Origin: Neovahlkampfia damariscottae
Taxonomy: Eukaryota
DNA: 64,000 nt
Assembly (NCBI GenBank): GCA_016618085.1
Contig: JABLTG010000028.1
Span: forward strand, 62,001 to 126,000
Direction: 5' to 3'
Shown here: piece by piece, positions 33,166 to 44,820 of the stretch
Layout: each line of letters opens with the position of its first letter
How positions within the stretch are numbered: the first letter of the stretch is position 1
Made by a program: the position numbers and the translations under genes
The notes under the pieces: generated by a model
Seen by the model: only the letters and a program-made list of their open reading frames with translations
Databases searched by the model: none
What the model was told of the DNA's origin: nothing

Positions 33166-33344
33166 TGGAAATAATTCGAGTGGATGCAACAGTCCAAATG
33201 GTAACCATGCGGATTTCAAAAATACAATTATTTTTTTGTTTCATTCCTGAGCAGCAATGGTACTTGCAGAGGCCTCGCTAGAGGAAACTGGAATGAAATT
33301 TTAATTTCCGAGCGTGTTTATCTGCAAGTACCAACCTTGCTGCT
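33166..33344. ncRNA. Candidate structured RNA (long hairpin plus small hairpins)
   Basis: Relatively GC-rich intergenic island; arms 33250-33270 and 33321-33344 pair over 21 bp with a 3-nt bulge. Confidence 0.45.
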
Positions 33345-33357
33345 TCTTTCATTCAAT

Positions 33358-34007
33358 TTATTCAGGAATACATTCAAAATGCGGTTTGGAATCATTCTTT
33401 CCAACTGGAATGACATACCTATTTTGATAAATCAAATCGATGTCTTTCGTAAAAAAATATACCTCTTTAACTTCAAATTCAACAGGTTTCCATTGTTGTT
33501 CCATCAATTCAATTGTCTTTTTTGCAGTCAATTCATCACCAACTTTTCCAATAGTGATATGATGTTGAAATCCTCCTTCTTGTTCATCAAATTTACCAAT
33601 ACAATCCGGAAATACATTCAAAATAGTTTGATGAAATTGTTGAAAAACTCCTTCTTCCTTTAAGTATTAAAATTAGTTTTGTTTTACTTTTGATTCTGCT
33701 TTTAGGAAGATGTTAACTTGTTTTTTAAAAATGAAATAATCAAATTCTTTTAACACAACTATGAAAGGTTCAATTTTTGACAATGGGACAGTTAATGATT
33801 TTACAGCATTTTTCATTTTTTTATATGGATAAAATGGTTTGACTAAAGTTATGTGTGGTTTTTCATTCACACTTTTTGAATTATAAATCTTTCTTAATTT
33901 ATTTATTTGAGTGAAAGTGTTTTCTGGTGGGCAAATTCCAACCTAATAATTAATTAAACTCAATGAGTTACAAATGAAGTTCTTGATGTTTTTTGATAAG
34001 TTGACAT
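33358..34007 (-). CDS. 2H phosphoesterase (2'-5' RNA ligase/LigT-like), copy 1, two introns
   Basis: Two HxT motifs (KPHITL, QHHITI) and an N-terminal GICPP segment. Confidence 0.8.
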
Positions 34008-34125
34008 TTGGGTTGACAAATTCAGTTCACTTTGATTGGTTTTAAAAAATAACTTGGTTCAATTCTAAAATTGACGTTTTTTTTTCCAGTGTTTCAAAGA
34101 AATATTTATAAATTATTGATTCAAT

Positions 34126-35005
34126 TTACTCAGGAATGCAATCAAAATGAGGTTTAGAACTGTTCATTCCCAATTGAACAACAAATCTGTTTTGATAAGT
34201 TGAATCGAAATCTTTTGATCGAAAATATACCTCTTTAACTTCAAATTCAACAGGTTTCCATTGTTGTTCCATCAATTCAATTGTCTTTTTTGCAGTCAAT
34301 TCATCACCAACTTTTCCAATAGTGATATGATGTTGAAATCCTCCTTCTTGTTCATCAAATTTACCAATACAATCCGGAAATACATTCAAAATAGTTTCAT
34401 GAAAATTTTGAAAAACTCCTTCCTCCTACAAATAAAGATGAGTAAATTTTTGTTTTACTTTTGATTCTGCTTTCAGGAATATCGAAACTTGTTTTTTAAA
34501 AATGAAATAATCAAATTCTTTTAACACAACTATGAAAGGTTCAATTTTTGACAATGGGACAGTTAATGATTTTACAGCATTTTTCATTTTTTTATATGGA
34601 TAAAATGGTTTGACTAAAGTTATGTGTGGTTTNNNNNNNNNNNNNNNNNNNNNNNNNNNNNNNNNNNNNNNNNNNNNNNNNNNNNNNNNNNNNNNNNNNN
34701 NNNNNNNNNNNNNNNNNNNNNNNNNNNNNNNNAATAATCAAATTCTTTTAACACAACTATGAAAGGTTCAATTTTTGACAATGGGACAGTTAATGATTTT
34801 ACAGCATTTTTCATTTTTTTATATGGATAAAATGGTTTGACTAAAGTTATGTGTGGTTTCTGATTTCCACTTTTCGGTTTGTAAATTATTTTCAATTTAT
34901 TAATTTGAGAAGTAGCTTTCTCTGGTGGGCAAATTCCAATCTAAAAAGTAAAATGATAAGAAAAATTACCAATGATGACCTAGATGTTTTTTGATAATTC
35001 GACAT
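34126..35005 (-). CDS. 2H phosphoesterase, copy 2 (spans the scaffold gap)
   Basis: Paralog of copy 1 with the same motifs; the 127 bp on either side of the N-run are identical, so the two pieces most likely form one gene. Confidence 0.7.
34633..34732. other. Assembly gap (100 N)
   Basis: N-run flanked by an exact 127-bp duplication (34506-34632 = 34733-34859). Confidence 0.95.
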
Positions 35006-35074
35006 TTGATAGTTTCGATAATTGATTGGTTATCTAAAAATATCTTTTATTCAATTTTCAAATTGATCTGTTTC

Positions 35075-35809
35075 TTATGCTTTGAAAACAGAAGGACATT
35101 TATCTTTTGCGACACAAAACCTACAATTATTCATTGATGGCTTTGCAGGATATTTCTCTTCCCTTATTAAATTTGAAATTTTTAAAATCAATTTATGAAT
35201 TGAGTTCATATCTTTCTCATTTGGTTTATATTCAATAACTTCACCTGATTCAATTGATGATAAATAAGCTCTTTTTGGTAATTTTTGATATAAACGAACA
35301 TAAGAATAACAATAAATTTGTAATTGTAATAAACTAAATGCTCTGTTTAAATGAGTTTTAAATTCCATTATAATGACTTCATTATTCTGAACTTCTTTAT
35401 CTACTCTGTCAAATATACCGGTGAATCTTGTATTTTCTTCAATATTAAATGAAAACTTCTTTTCAATCAGTAACGGATTCGTATTTGATTTAAGACCTTC
35501 TCGTCTAAAAAAACCACTCAAATAATTCTTTCCTTTTAAAATCCAATCTTCTTCATTTTCAAGTTTTGGTTCAATTAAATTTACTTCTTTTTTCCATTCT
35601 TCCATGAATTTTGAATTTAAATCTTCAATAGAAATTTGGTTTTTATTTTTTTTTGCTTCTCCAAAAACAGCCACTGCTTCGTGAAGACTTTTCCCAAATA
35701 CAGTATGAACAGTTGGAATAAAAGGCATTTTCTCTACAAATTGATATTTAAATTTAAGTGGACATGATTGAAAAGCCTCCAAACGTGAGAAAGAGAGAAA
35801 CACTTTCAT
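35075..35809 (-). CDS. PD-(D/E)XK nuclease, RecB/Cas4-like, with putative 4Fe-4S cysteines
   Basis: SFSRL...CP, GKSLH, E, GIFDRVD, MEFKT, QLQIY and C-terminal CRFC-x5-C; intronless. Confidence 0.85.
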   Translation of the reverse strand: MKVFLSFSRLEAFQSCPLKFKYQFVEKMPFIPTVHTVFGKSLHEAVAVFGEAKKNKNQISIEDLNSKFMEEWKKEVNLIEPKLENEEDWILKGKNYLSGFFRREGLKSNTNPLLIEKKFSFNIEENTRFTGIFDRVDKEVQNNEVIIMEFKTHLNRAFSLLQLQIYCYSYVRLYQKLPKRAYLSSIESGEVIEYKPNEKDMNSIHKLILKISNLIREEKYPAKPSMNNCRFCVAKDKCPSVFKA

Positions 35810-35836
35810 TGGGTGAAAATAAATTTTATTTTAAAT

Positions 35837-36444
35837 TTAAGTAGGTTTAATATTTTTTGAAAATTTCAATGGAAATGATAATGGTATTACAAGATATTTC
35901 ACAGAAATTGTGCCATCAAAATCCAAAGCAATTTGACCATTGTTATTTATATCATTAGCCATTTGTTGAATAACTGTATTTGGAACTTCACTTGTTGTAA
36001 GTCTGTAATTAAAAACAAGGGTAAATGTACTTGTTGCTTGAGGGTTAATTGTTCCAACGTTTTTTTCGTTCATTTTTCCAACAATTTGTGTTTTATATTT
36101 TACGTCCATAATGACACTTTCAATCGGTATTGGTACCATTCCTGTATAATTTGCACTGAATGTAGCAGTTCCTTGAACAATTATCGGTGGATTTGCGTTA
36201 GGATCAACTAGGTAACAAAAATAAAAAAATAAAAATTTGAAAATACCTGAGAACTGAATAAGATTGAATCCATCTTGTTTCACAGTTGGAATACGAGGAT
36301 AAACATAATATATTCCATATCCAGCTGCTCCAGCAACTCCAGCAGTCGCAATAAGACATAAACAACAACAAATTCCTAAAATGCATGATAAGAATAGGCT
36401 AACGGTTTAAAAAGTATTCTTAGATACCATCCTACACTACATGT
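35837..36444 (-). CDS. LEA_2 (WHy)-like membrane-anchored protein, multi-exon
   Basis: Cys-rich TM helix, PRIPTV, and a beta-rich domain (ANYTGMVPIPI...VKYK...DFDGTI). Start approximate. Confidence 0.55.
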
Positions 36445-36731
36445 TGCAAATAAACCTCCTCCAGAAGAAGCTTTTCCAATGGAAGTGTACTCTATTTCTG
36501 CAGGCATGATTTTAAAATGAGTTTGACCAATAAAACAATTTTAAATATTGCTGTTTCTTGTTCACTGGTATTTATTGTTTCTTCACTGTAAAAAAACTGC
36601 CAAATTAAGTTTTGGAATGGATTCGAAAATAAATTTTCCGCCAATGAAATTAATTCTCTTAATCGCCAATCATCTATTAATTTAGTTTGGACCAATAAAA
36701 ATTCCAGCTCATTTCCAAGTGGACAACAAAG

Positions 36732-39013
36732 ATGAAGTACTTATTTGTAACTCTCGCTGTTATTTTATGTGTTGTTCAATCACAATTCATTCAACCAAAA
36801 CAACCAGTTGTAAGAATTTACTCATTTTCACACTTATGTAGGCTCCTCCACGTACACCAAACTTTCAACCTGCTGAAGGTGGACGTGAATTAAATATCAA
36901 TTTTACTACTACTGCTTCAACAACTAATGCTGGAACTATTAAATTTGTCATTAATAATTATGGAATTCCTCAAATTCAATTAGTTTTCACAACAAAAAAC
37001 AACGAAACAGGAACAGACCCTATTGGTTTTTCTATGGACAGACTTATATCTTATAAAGATACCAATGGGCAAACAGGATTTCAAGAAGGTCAAGACCAAG
37101 TTTTACAAGTTTTCAATTTTAATGATATTCTTTTGAATACAAATTGGTCAGAAATTGATTCACAAACTTATACTTCTGGTTCTGCAACTATCTATAACAT
37201 CCTTTTCAACCTTACAAAACCAGATAACACATTTTCATGTGGTGTTTATTTTCACATTCAATGTGCTCCACAAGAAGTTTTGAATAATGCTACAAATCAA
37301 TACCTCACACCAAACGTTGTAAAAATTTCACTTTCATTAAAAAACATTGCTGGAATTGCTCCTGCAGCAACAGGACTTGCTCTTGGTGGAATTTTAATGG
37401 TTAAAGGTGGAATTCCAAAACCAAAAGTTCCTCAAAAATCACCAACACCAACACCTTCAGCTGCTCCAAAATCATCACCTTTACCAAAGATGTCAGGTGG
37501 TACAATGCCAAAAATGTCAGGACAACCAATGACTTCAACAATGCCAAAAATGTCAGGTCAACCTGCTCCTAAACAATCATCAGGTCCACAACCGAAACCT
37601 TCACAAGGAACTTCACCTAAACAATCATCAGGACCTCAACCACAACCTTCATCAGGACCTGGACCAAAACAATCATCAGGACCTCAACCACAACCATCAT
37701 CAGGACCTGGACCTAAACAATCATCAGGACCTCAACCACAACCTTCATCAGGTCCACAACCACAACCATCATCAGGACCTGGACCTAAACAATCATCAGG
37801 ACCTCAACCACAGCCTTCACAAGGTGTTCAACCACAACCTTCACAAGGACCTGGACCAAAACAATCAACAGGACCACAACCACAACCTTCAGGAGGTGTA
37901 CAACCACAGCCATCAGGGGGTGTACAACCACAACCATCTGGGGGTGTTCAACCACAACCTTCACAAGGAACTTCACCAAAACAATCATCAGGACCTCAAC
38001 CACAACCTTCAGGAGGAGTACAACCGCAACCATCTTCAATGCCAATGATATCTCAAGGAAGTTCTCCAAAACAATCACAAGGTGCACCTCAAACATCAAC
38101 AATGCCAATGAACTCAGGAGGTGTTCAACCACAACCATCAGGGGCTCCTCAAACATCAGTAATGCCAAAAAATTCAGGAGCATTTGATATGTTTGAAACT
38201 TTTTCAGTTCAAAACACAAAACCTGCGCCACCACGTCCTGCTCAACCTAGAAGACCAAATGAAAACAGAGATGGACAATCAAAAGTTGGATTAGCTTTCA
38301 ATTCTCAATCAACTACTGATGATGCATTTCTTTCTTGGGAAGAATACGTTGTTGTTTTGGAAAATAGTGTTTATTCACTCAAAAATGTTACTGTATCAAA
38401 CTTTACTGAATTTCAATATGAAAGACCAGCTCAAGTCAAACCAAATCCTGTGACATCACAAATGCCAAAACAATCTGCAATGCCGAAACAATCTGGAGGT
38501 CCACAACAATCTGCAATGCCTAAACAATCTGGATCACCAAAACAATCGGCAATGCCAAAGAAATCTGGAGGTGCTTTTGATTTAAGTCCAGATATGATGA
38601 ACATTGCTGCCAATTCACCAGCTCCAAAACAATCTGGATCACCAAAACAATCCGCAATGCCTAAACAATCAGGAGGTCCACAACAATCTTCAATGCCTAA
38701 ACAATCAGGTGGAATGCCAAAACAATCTGCAATGCCAAAACAATCAGGAATGCCAAAAGTTTCACCAAGTCCAAATCCAGTAAATCCATCTCGCCCACCA
38801 CCATTGAACAATGGAGGTTTACCATTGAAACCAGGTTTCACTTATTTAAGAGTGTGGTATAGCGTTGAAGGAAAACCAACAGAAATGGAATGGGATCCTT
38901 ATATTGGAGTTTCAGAAATTTTAGATTCAAACACAACATCAGATGCTGGCAAAACTTTACCATATTTATTGTCAATTCTTGTTTCAATTGTTTTTGTTGC
39001 AATTTTCAATTAA
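36732..39013 (+). CDS. Secreted/surface protein with P/Q/S/G tandem repeats and hydrophobic C-terminus (possible GPI anchor)
   Basis: Signal peptide MKYLFVTLAVILCVVQS, intron about 36809-36841, PKQSSGPQPQPS and MPKQS repeats, terminal hydrophobic tail. Confidence 0.8.
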
Positions 39014-39057
39014 AATTTCCAATTTTCAAATAAGCTAATTTTTTTATTTCAAAACTT

Positions 39058-40314
39058 TTATTTCACGTAGTTTCTGTGAACTGCATAGACCGCTCTTTCA
39101 ACAATTCCAATCAACAAATCAAAAGTCTTTCCAAGTTTTTCAAGTTGAACTTTGTCTTTAATACTGTACATATAACTCCCTAAATATGTACACATGATTA
39201 ATTCATGAATTAAACATGATTTGAACATTTCTTCAACTGACTCCAAAGAAATTTTTTTTCCAGTTTTTGTTGACATTTTGGTTTGATAAACTTTAAGAAT
39301 TTCATCTTGTTTTTCAGCCAAAACATCACTAGTCAATGAATGTACTGAATTTCTAACAACATCCAATAATCCACATCCAACTGTAATACAATTCCAATCG
39401 ATTAAACAAATGTTGTCATCTTTATCAAAAATCATATTATCAGTTCTAAAATCTCCATGAACAATAGTCTTTGGATATTTTTCGGATTGATCTACAATGT
39501 ATTGATGAAGCAATTTCGAAAAGTCCATGTCTTTCAAATCAGTAATGAATTGTTTGATGTTTGATTTTTCAAATTTTGTACCTTCAAAATTTAATCCAAG
39601 AACAACATCAATCAATTGATTCCATGCTATCATTTGTGCATTTATGAATTCTTTCACATTTTCTTCGTTGTATTTTGCCCAATTTTTCTTTTTTTCTTCT
39701 GTATCACAAACAGTCTTGAAATTTCTTTTTCCAAAAGCAGAATGATAGTTAAATGCAAAAACACTTGGAATCCATTCAAGATTTACTGATTTCATAAAAT
39801 CATCATTATTTCCAATCCTCACTCCAAGTCCCTCTTTTTCGGAAAACTCGTGCCAATAAGTCCCATGTAAGTCAATAATTTCATCAAGAGCAAGGTAGAA
39901 TTGTTTCATTGAAATTGACCCTTTTGATTGATCAATTACTCTTCCCTCATTTCTTAAGAATCCATTTTCCATTATCATGACAAAATCACCTTCCAAAAAA
40001 TCTGAATAAAAAAGTTGTGGAATTGAGTTGCTTTGATAAAACTTGTACCAATCTATTTCCCTTTTGTAGTGACCTCCATATGTCATATCAAACATAGATT
40101 GTAATTCACCAAGAAATTTAATAATTATTGATTCTGGATGTAGTTTCTTTTCATCCAAAGGTTGTTTATATGTCATGTTCACAACATAAACTGAGGACAT
40201 ACCTCCTTGTGTATTTGGTGGTGTAATTTTGACTTCTTTGATTTCATTAAATTGTGGAAGAGCTAATTTAATCCATTCTAAAGTTAAATCTTTTTCGTTT
40301 CTTGGAATAATCAT
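39058..40314 (-). CDS. Phosphotransferase of the APH/ecdysteroid-kinase-like family
   Basis: IIIK, YKREI, TIVHGDFRTDN, LIDW. Confidence 0.85.
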   Translation of the reverse strand: MIIPRNEKDLTLEWIKLALPQFNEIKEVKITPPNTQGGMSSVYVVNMTYKQPLDEKKLHPESIIIKFLGELQSMFDMTYGGHYKREIDWYKFYQSNSIPQLFYSDFLEGDFVMIMENGFLRNEGRVIDQSKGSISMKQFYLALDEIIDLHGTYWHEFSEKEGLGVRIGNNDDFMKSVNLEWIPSVFAFNYHSAFGKRNFKTVCDTEEKKKNWAKYNEENVKEFINAQMIAWNQLIDVVLGLNFEGTKFEKSNIKQFITDLKDMDFSKLLHQYIVDQSEKYPKTIVHGDFRTDNMIFDKDDNICLIDWNCITVGCGLLDVVRNSVHSLTSDVLAEKQDEILKVYQTKMSTKTGKKISLESVEEMFKSCLIHELIMCTYLGSYMYSIKDKVQLEKLGKTFDLLIGIVERAVYAVHRNYVK

Positions 40315-40730
40315 GTGAGTTGTTGTGTGTAGTGGAGCAGGTGAAAAAAGAAAATGATTGGTTGATTTTATAGATTGGAAATCAATTTGGAAATTGATTT
40401 TTCAACATCATTAATTAAAATATATCCAAAATATAAGAATTTTTCATTTTTCATTTGTTGAAAGAAAGTGTAAAGCATAATTTTTTTTTCTTTTGAGTTT
40501 ATCTGAGATATATCATCAATAATATCTCTGTGACTATCCTCTGATTTTAGGCTTTGATATCAAAGCATGATTTCAAAGTAACGGCTTCAACAAGAGGAAG
40601 ATAAAAATTAAAGAAATTTTAAAAGTTCAAGTGAAGAAAAAGGGCTCGGTTACTTGAGTAAAAAAGAGCAGTATTCCTTCATAAATTTTTGAAAAGCACA
40701 AACAATATTTCATTGGTCAAAACAAAAAGA

Positions 40731-42935
40731 ATGTCTGAGGAAAAAATTTTGCAATCGTTCAGAGATGTTCTAAAGAATCCAACCAACGCTTCAAGCTTTG
40801 TGGATATGATGGCAGGAATTAAAGAAGAGCAAGATTTTGACGAGGAAGAAGCAACAATAGAAACAAAAATAGAGACACCTATACCTTTTGAAGATAGTTT
40901 TTTTGAAACTCCAATGACCATAAAATTAGGAGGTATATGGATTCAGTTTTTATTTAAATTTTTTTCAAAGAAATTCCTAAACAAAACAAATTTTTAACGA
41001 GTGGTTCTAATATAATAAAACAAAGTGGATTACTTCCAACACTTGAAGAAACTGAAAATTTATTAAATGATCCAAATGTAATTTTGGATCCATCAGAAGA
41101 AAAACGACCTTCTCTAACACCTGGTTATTTTGAAAAAAGACCTTCACTTTTTGATCCTTTGGATATTCAAACAATAAAAAGATCAATGAGTAAAAAAAAA
41201 TAGATTTCTAAATGTTTTATAAATAGGCACACTTGTTTGTGTTTCACCACAATTTCAATTATCCTTTAAAATAAAAGACATCAAAGAAAAAGAGAATTTA
41301 ATGATTTCAGTTTATAGAAAAGAATTAAATGAAAAAATATTTATCGGAAATACTGAATTTAGTTCTGATTTTACTTTTACAACTAAAATAACCATTTCCT
41401 ATCAATTTGAAAATTTAAAAAAATATAACTTTGAATTAAAGAATGAAAAAGGAGATGTTATTGGAAAATCAAATTGTTTTATACAAGAATTATGTACTAA
41501 AGAATTAAGAAAAGAATTGTTTTTAAAAAACAAAAAAAATGAACCAATAGGATCATTAGAAATTTTAGCCAACAAAAAAAATCCTTATATCTCAAATGAA
41601 GATAAACATAAAAATACACAGAAAGAAATATATCTTGATATTAAAATTGAAATGGAAGGATTAAAAAAAATGGAAAATTATTTCAAACTTTCACTTGATT
41701 CATCAGATATGAATTTTATTAAAATTTATGAAAGTGAAATTGTTAAAAAGACAAAAAATCCAAAATTTAAAAAGTTTTCAATTCCATTGACAAAAAAATT
41801 AAAAAATGATCAAAAATTAATGAAAATTGATTTTTATTCTGGAAAAAGTTTTACTGGTCGAATTATTGGAAAATATAATAGATTATTAGAAATTGAAAGA
41901 GTTACAATGTATGATAAAGAAAGTAGAGAATGTGGAAGTATAAAATTAAATTTAAATGAAAGAACCGAAACTGTTTTAGAATTAAATTATCAATTTTCAT
42001 TTTTAGATTTCATAAAATCAGGTTTAAAATTTAATGTTATTTTTGGTATTGATTTTTCAAATTATAATCAAAAACCATTACAATATTATAATTTACATCA
42101 AAAAAAATCAAAAAATGATTTTAATGAATATGAAAAAGTTATGAATTCTTTTATTGAAATACTAAAAGTCTATGATTCAAATTTTAAAGTTTTAGCATTT
42201 GGAAATGATGATAACGAAAAATATGTTGACCTATCAAATTCATATGACTCCAATGATCCAATCAATGTTTATCAACAATTTTTGAAAAAAGTAAAATTTG
42301 GATCAATGAGAAATAAGAATTTAGAAAATCCCAATTCACCTGAATATAATGGTACAAATGAATTTTATCATATTATTGATGATTTAATGAAAGAAAAAAC
42401 ATCAAATTTAGATACTTATACAATACTGATTTTATTAATTCCAAATGATTTTATAAATGTACGTCAAACTATTGAGAAATTTATTGAAGCATCAAATAAT
42501 TCACCAATTTCTATTTTGATTGTTGGTATTGGTGATTCATCATTTAAAACATTGAGATCAATCAATCCAGATCCAAAAATTAATTTTGAACGTCAAATTC
42601 AATTTATTTTACAAGATAATATCCCTTATATAAATAATTTAAGATTAGGAAATGTTAAAGCATGTAGAGAAGTATTTAGATTTTCGACATTGAATTCATT
42701 TGAAGGAAATGAAATGGATTTATCAACAAATTTATTATCATTTATACCAAAACATATTGTTAAATTTATGACTTGTAAAGGTATTTCACCAGATGATATT
42801 TCACATTATGATGAATTTGGACCAACAACAAGTGGTGGTTTTACAATGATGACTCAAATGAAAAATATTGGTTCAAATATTGTTACTCAATCAAAAAGTA
42901 GATCTGGAAGTAAAATTAATTCAAAAAATAAATAA
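40731..42935 (+). CDS. Copine-like protein (C2-C2-vWA), multi-exon
   Basis: IYESEIVKKTKNPKF, FSFLDFIKSG..FGIDFS, ASNNSPISILIVGIG; 5' exons approximate. Confidence 0.8.
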
Positions 42936-42993
42936 TTTAAAAATTTTTTAAATGTTTTAATTTTTTGTCTTCAATCATTGGTCAACTCTGAAA

Positions 42994-43641
42994 ATGATTG
43001 AAAAGTTGAAGTTGTCACTGTTGCTCATTTTGATTTTTATTATTTTTGTTTATTCAGTCAAGAATGAAAAAGAAGCAAAGCAACTTGAAGCAAGAATTAT
43101 GAAATTAAAAAATGAAATTAATCAACACCAAAAGAAGTTGGACAAAGCTCATTCTAGAAAATTAATGACCAAAAGAGTTCCTTATTCAGTTAGAAGAAAA
43201 TTAATTCAAAAACCTAAAAAAACAAAAAAAAAAAAACTGACTTCAAGAGAAAGAGAAATGAGACATTTAATATCAAGAAAAATGAGAAAGAGATCAAAGA
43301 GAAAAGGTAAAAGAAATGATGATTATATAAAAAAGATACCAAAATATGTTAAAGCTCCAAAAGCTCCAAAAAGTCAAAAAATGCCGAGAATTCCAAAATT
43401 AAAGGAAGGAAAACAATTTAAATTACCAAAGATGCCAAAGATGCCAAAATTTAAAATGCCAAAACGTAGAAATCCAAAATTCAAAGCTCCTTCTTATTAT
43501 GGAAGAGTAAATCATGAAGACCATGATGATTATTATGGACATGACGAAGAGCACGATGATAGAGATCACCATGATGATGATTATCACCGTTCTTCTTATT
43601 CAAGAAGATCAAAGTACAAAAGAAGAAGAGACGAATTGTAA
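42994..43641 (+). CDS. Secreted basic protein with PKM repeats and His/Asp-rich tail
   Basis: Hydrophobic N-terminus, coiled coil, Lys/Arg-rich core, HDDH tail ending RDEL. Confidence 0.65.
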   Translation: MIEKLKLSLLLILIFIIFVYSVKNEKEAKQLEARIMKLKNEINQHQKKLDKAHSRKLMTKRVPYSVRRKLIQKPKKTKKKKLTSREREMRHLISRKMRKRSKRKGKRNDDYIKKIPKYVKAPKAPKSQKMPRIPKLKEGKQFKLPKMPKMPKFKMPKRRNPKFKAPSYYGRVNHEDHDDYYGHDEEHDDRDHHDDDYHRSSYSRRSKYKRRRDEL

Positions 43642-43675
43642 AAAAAAAAATAAAATTTTATTTTATAATTTACAT

Positions 43676-44605
43676 TCAATAGAAGTATTTTGATTCATAC
43701 TGACCATACTCTTCATCATATTCGTCTTCATAATTATCTTCTTCAAAGAATTCTTCATGAGAATCTTCAAGGATACTTGTTGGAAGAGGAGCAGATAGAA
43801 CTATGTTTTGTAATTCATGAAGTCTTTTTAAAGTAAGATATGGATCAAAAGCACGAGTTCCATATTGAAACTCTTGTTTTAAACATATCAATTCATTCTT
43901 GACTTCGCTTGTACATCTCCAACGTTTTTCAATTACATTTTTTGAAACGTTGATATATTTGAAATTACTTTGTATTTTTGATCTTTCTGAGTGTAAATTC
44001 TTCAAAATTTGCTCTGTATTTTGTAAAACTGTTTCAGTTTCTTCTAAAAAAAATTGTCGATCCAAACAATCCAATGAAACCTCTTCTTCAAGTTCATTTT
44101 TAGGTATAAAAATTAAGAGTTCTGTTGATGTTTCATCATTTGATTCATATTTATTAGTTTTGACGTTAAAGTTATAATTCAAATTTAAAATGTTCATTTT
44201 GCAAAGTGGACAATTTGGTTTTATTTTTCTCCATTGTGAAATACAGTCAAAACTAAACAAATAAGTGAATTAATTTTTTTTTGTCTGATACCAAAACTCA
44301 TGAGAACATTCTTGTATTTTGGCTTTTTCTTTTGGTGCGTCTTGACAAATTGCACAAATTAAATCCAAATTTATTTTTTCAATTTCTTTAGTTTCAACTG
44401 TATAGTCTTTCTTTTTCTTTTTTTTTTCTTTTGGTTCCATTTTTTGTGGATAGTTAAAATTTTGAGTTTGTTGATTTGATGTGTGTTGATGTGGTTTTGG
44501 TGATGAATTTATTGATTTTTTTGGTGCTTTTGGTGTTTTAGGTGAGTTTTTATTGACTTGTCTCCTGTTTTTTGATTTGACTATGAGTGTGTGGTTATTT
44601 TGCAT
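43676..44605 (-). CDS. RING-finger E3 ligase (intron within the RING)
   Basis: CAICQ...CSHEF / C-FDCISQW...CPLCK split by an intron around 44254-44292. Confidence 0.85.
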
Positions 44606-44820
44606 TGAAAGTACGTTACATCACTTAAACAACAAATCAAATCAATTCAAGTTTATAAATAGAAACCAATTAGAAACAGGAAAAATTATTAACACAAAAT
44701 AAAAACTCCTAATTTTTTGAAATTAAAATATTTTTCTTAAAAAAGCCAATTTGAACAACCAATCATTTGTTTTTTTGTCAACGTTAAATTTTTGACAGCT
44801 CAAGTCCATCGTCATCTCAT

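Noticed and set aside
34506..34859. Apparent third 2H phosphoesterase copy
   Set aside because: The 127 bp on each side of the 100-N gap are identical, as expected for an assembler k-mer overlap; two genes are more parsimonious.
37560..38760. Tandem DNA repeats
   Set aside because: Fully explained by in-frame P/Q/S/G peptide repeats with synonymous variation.
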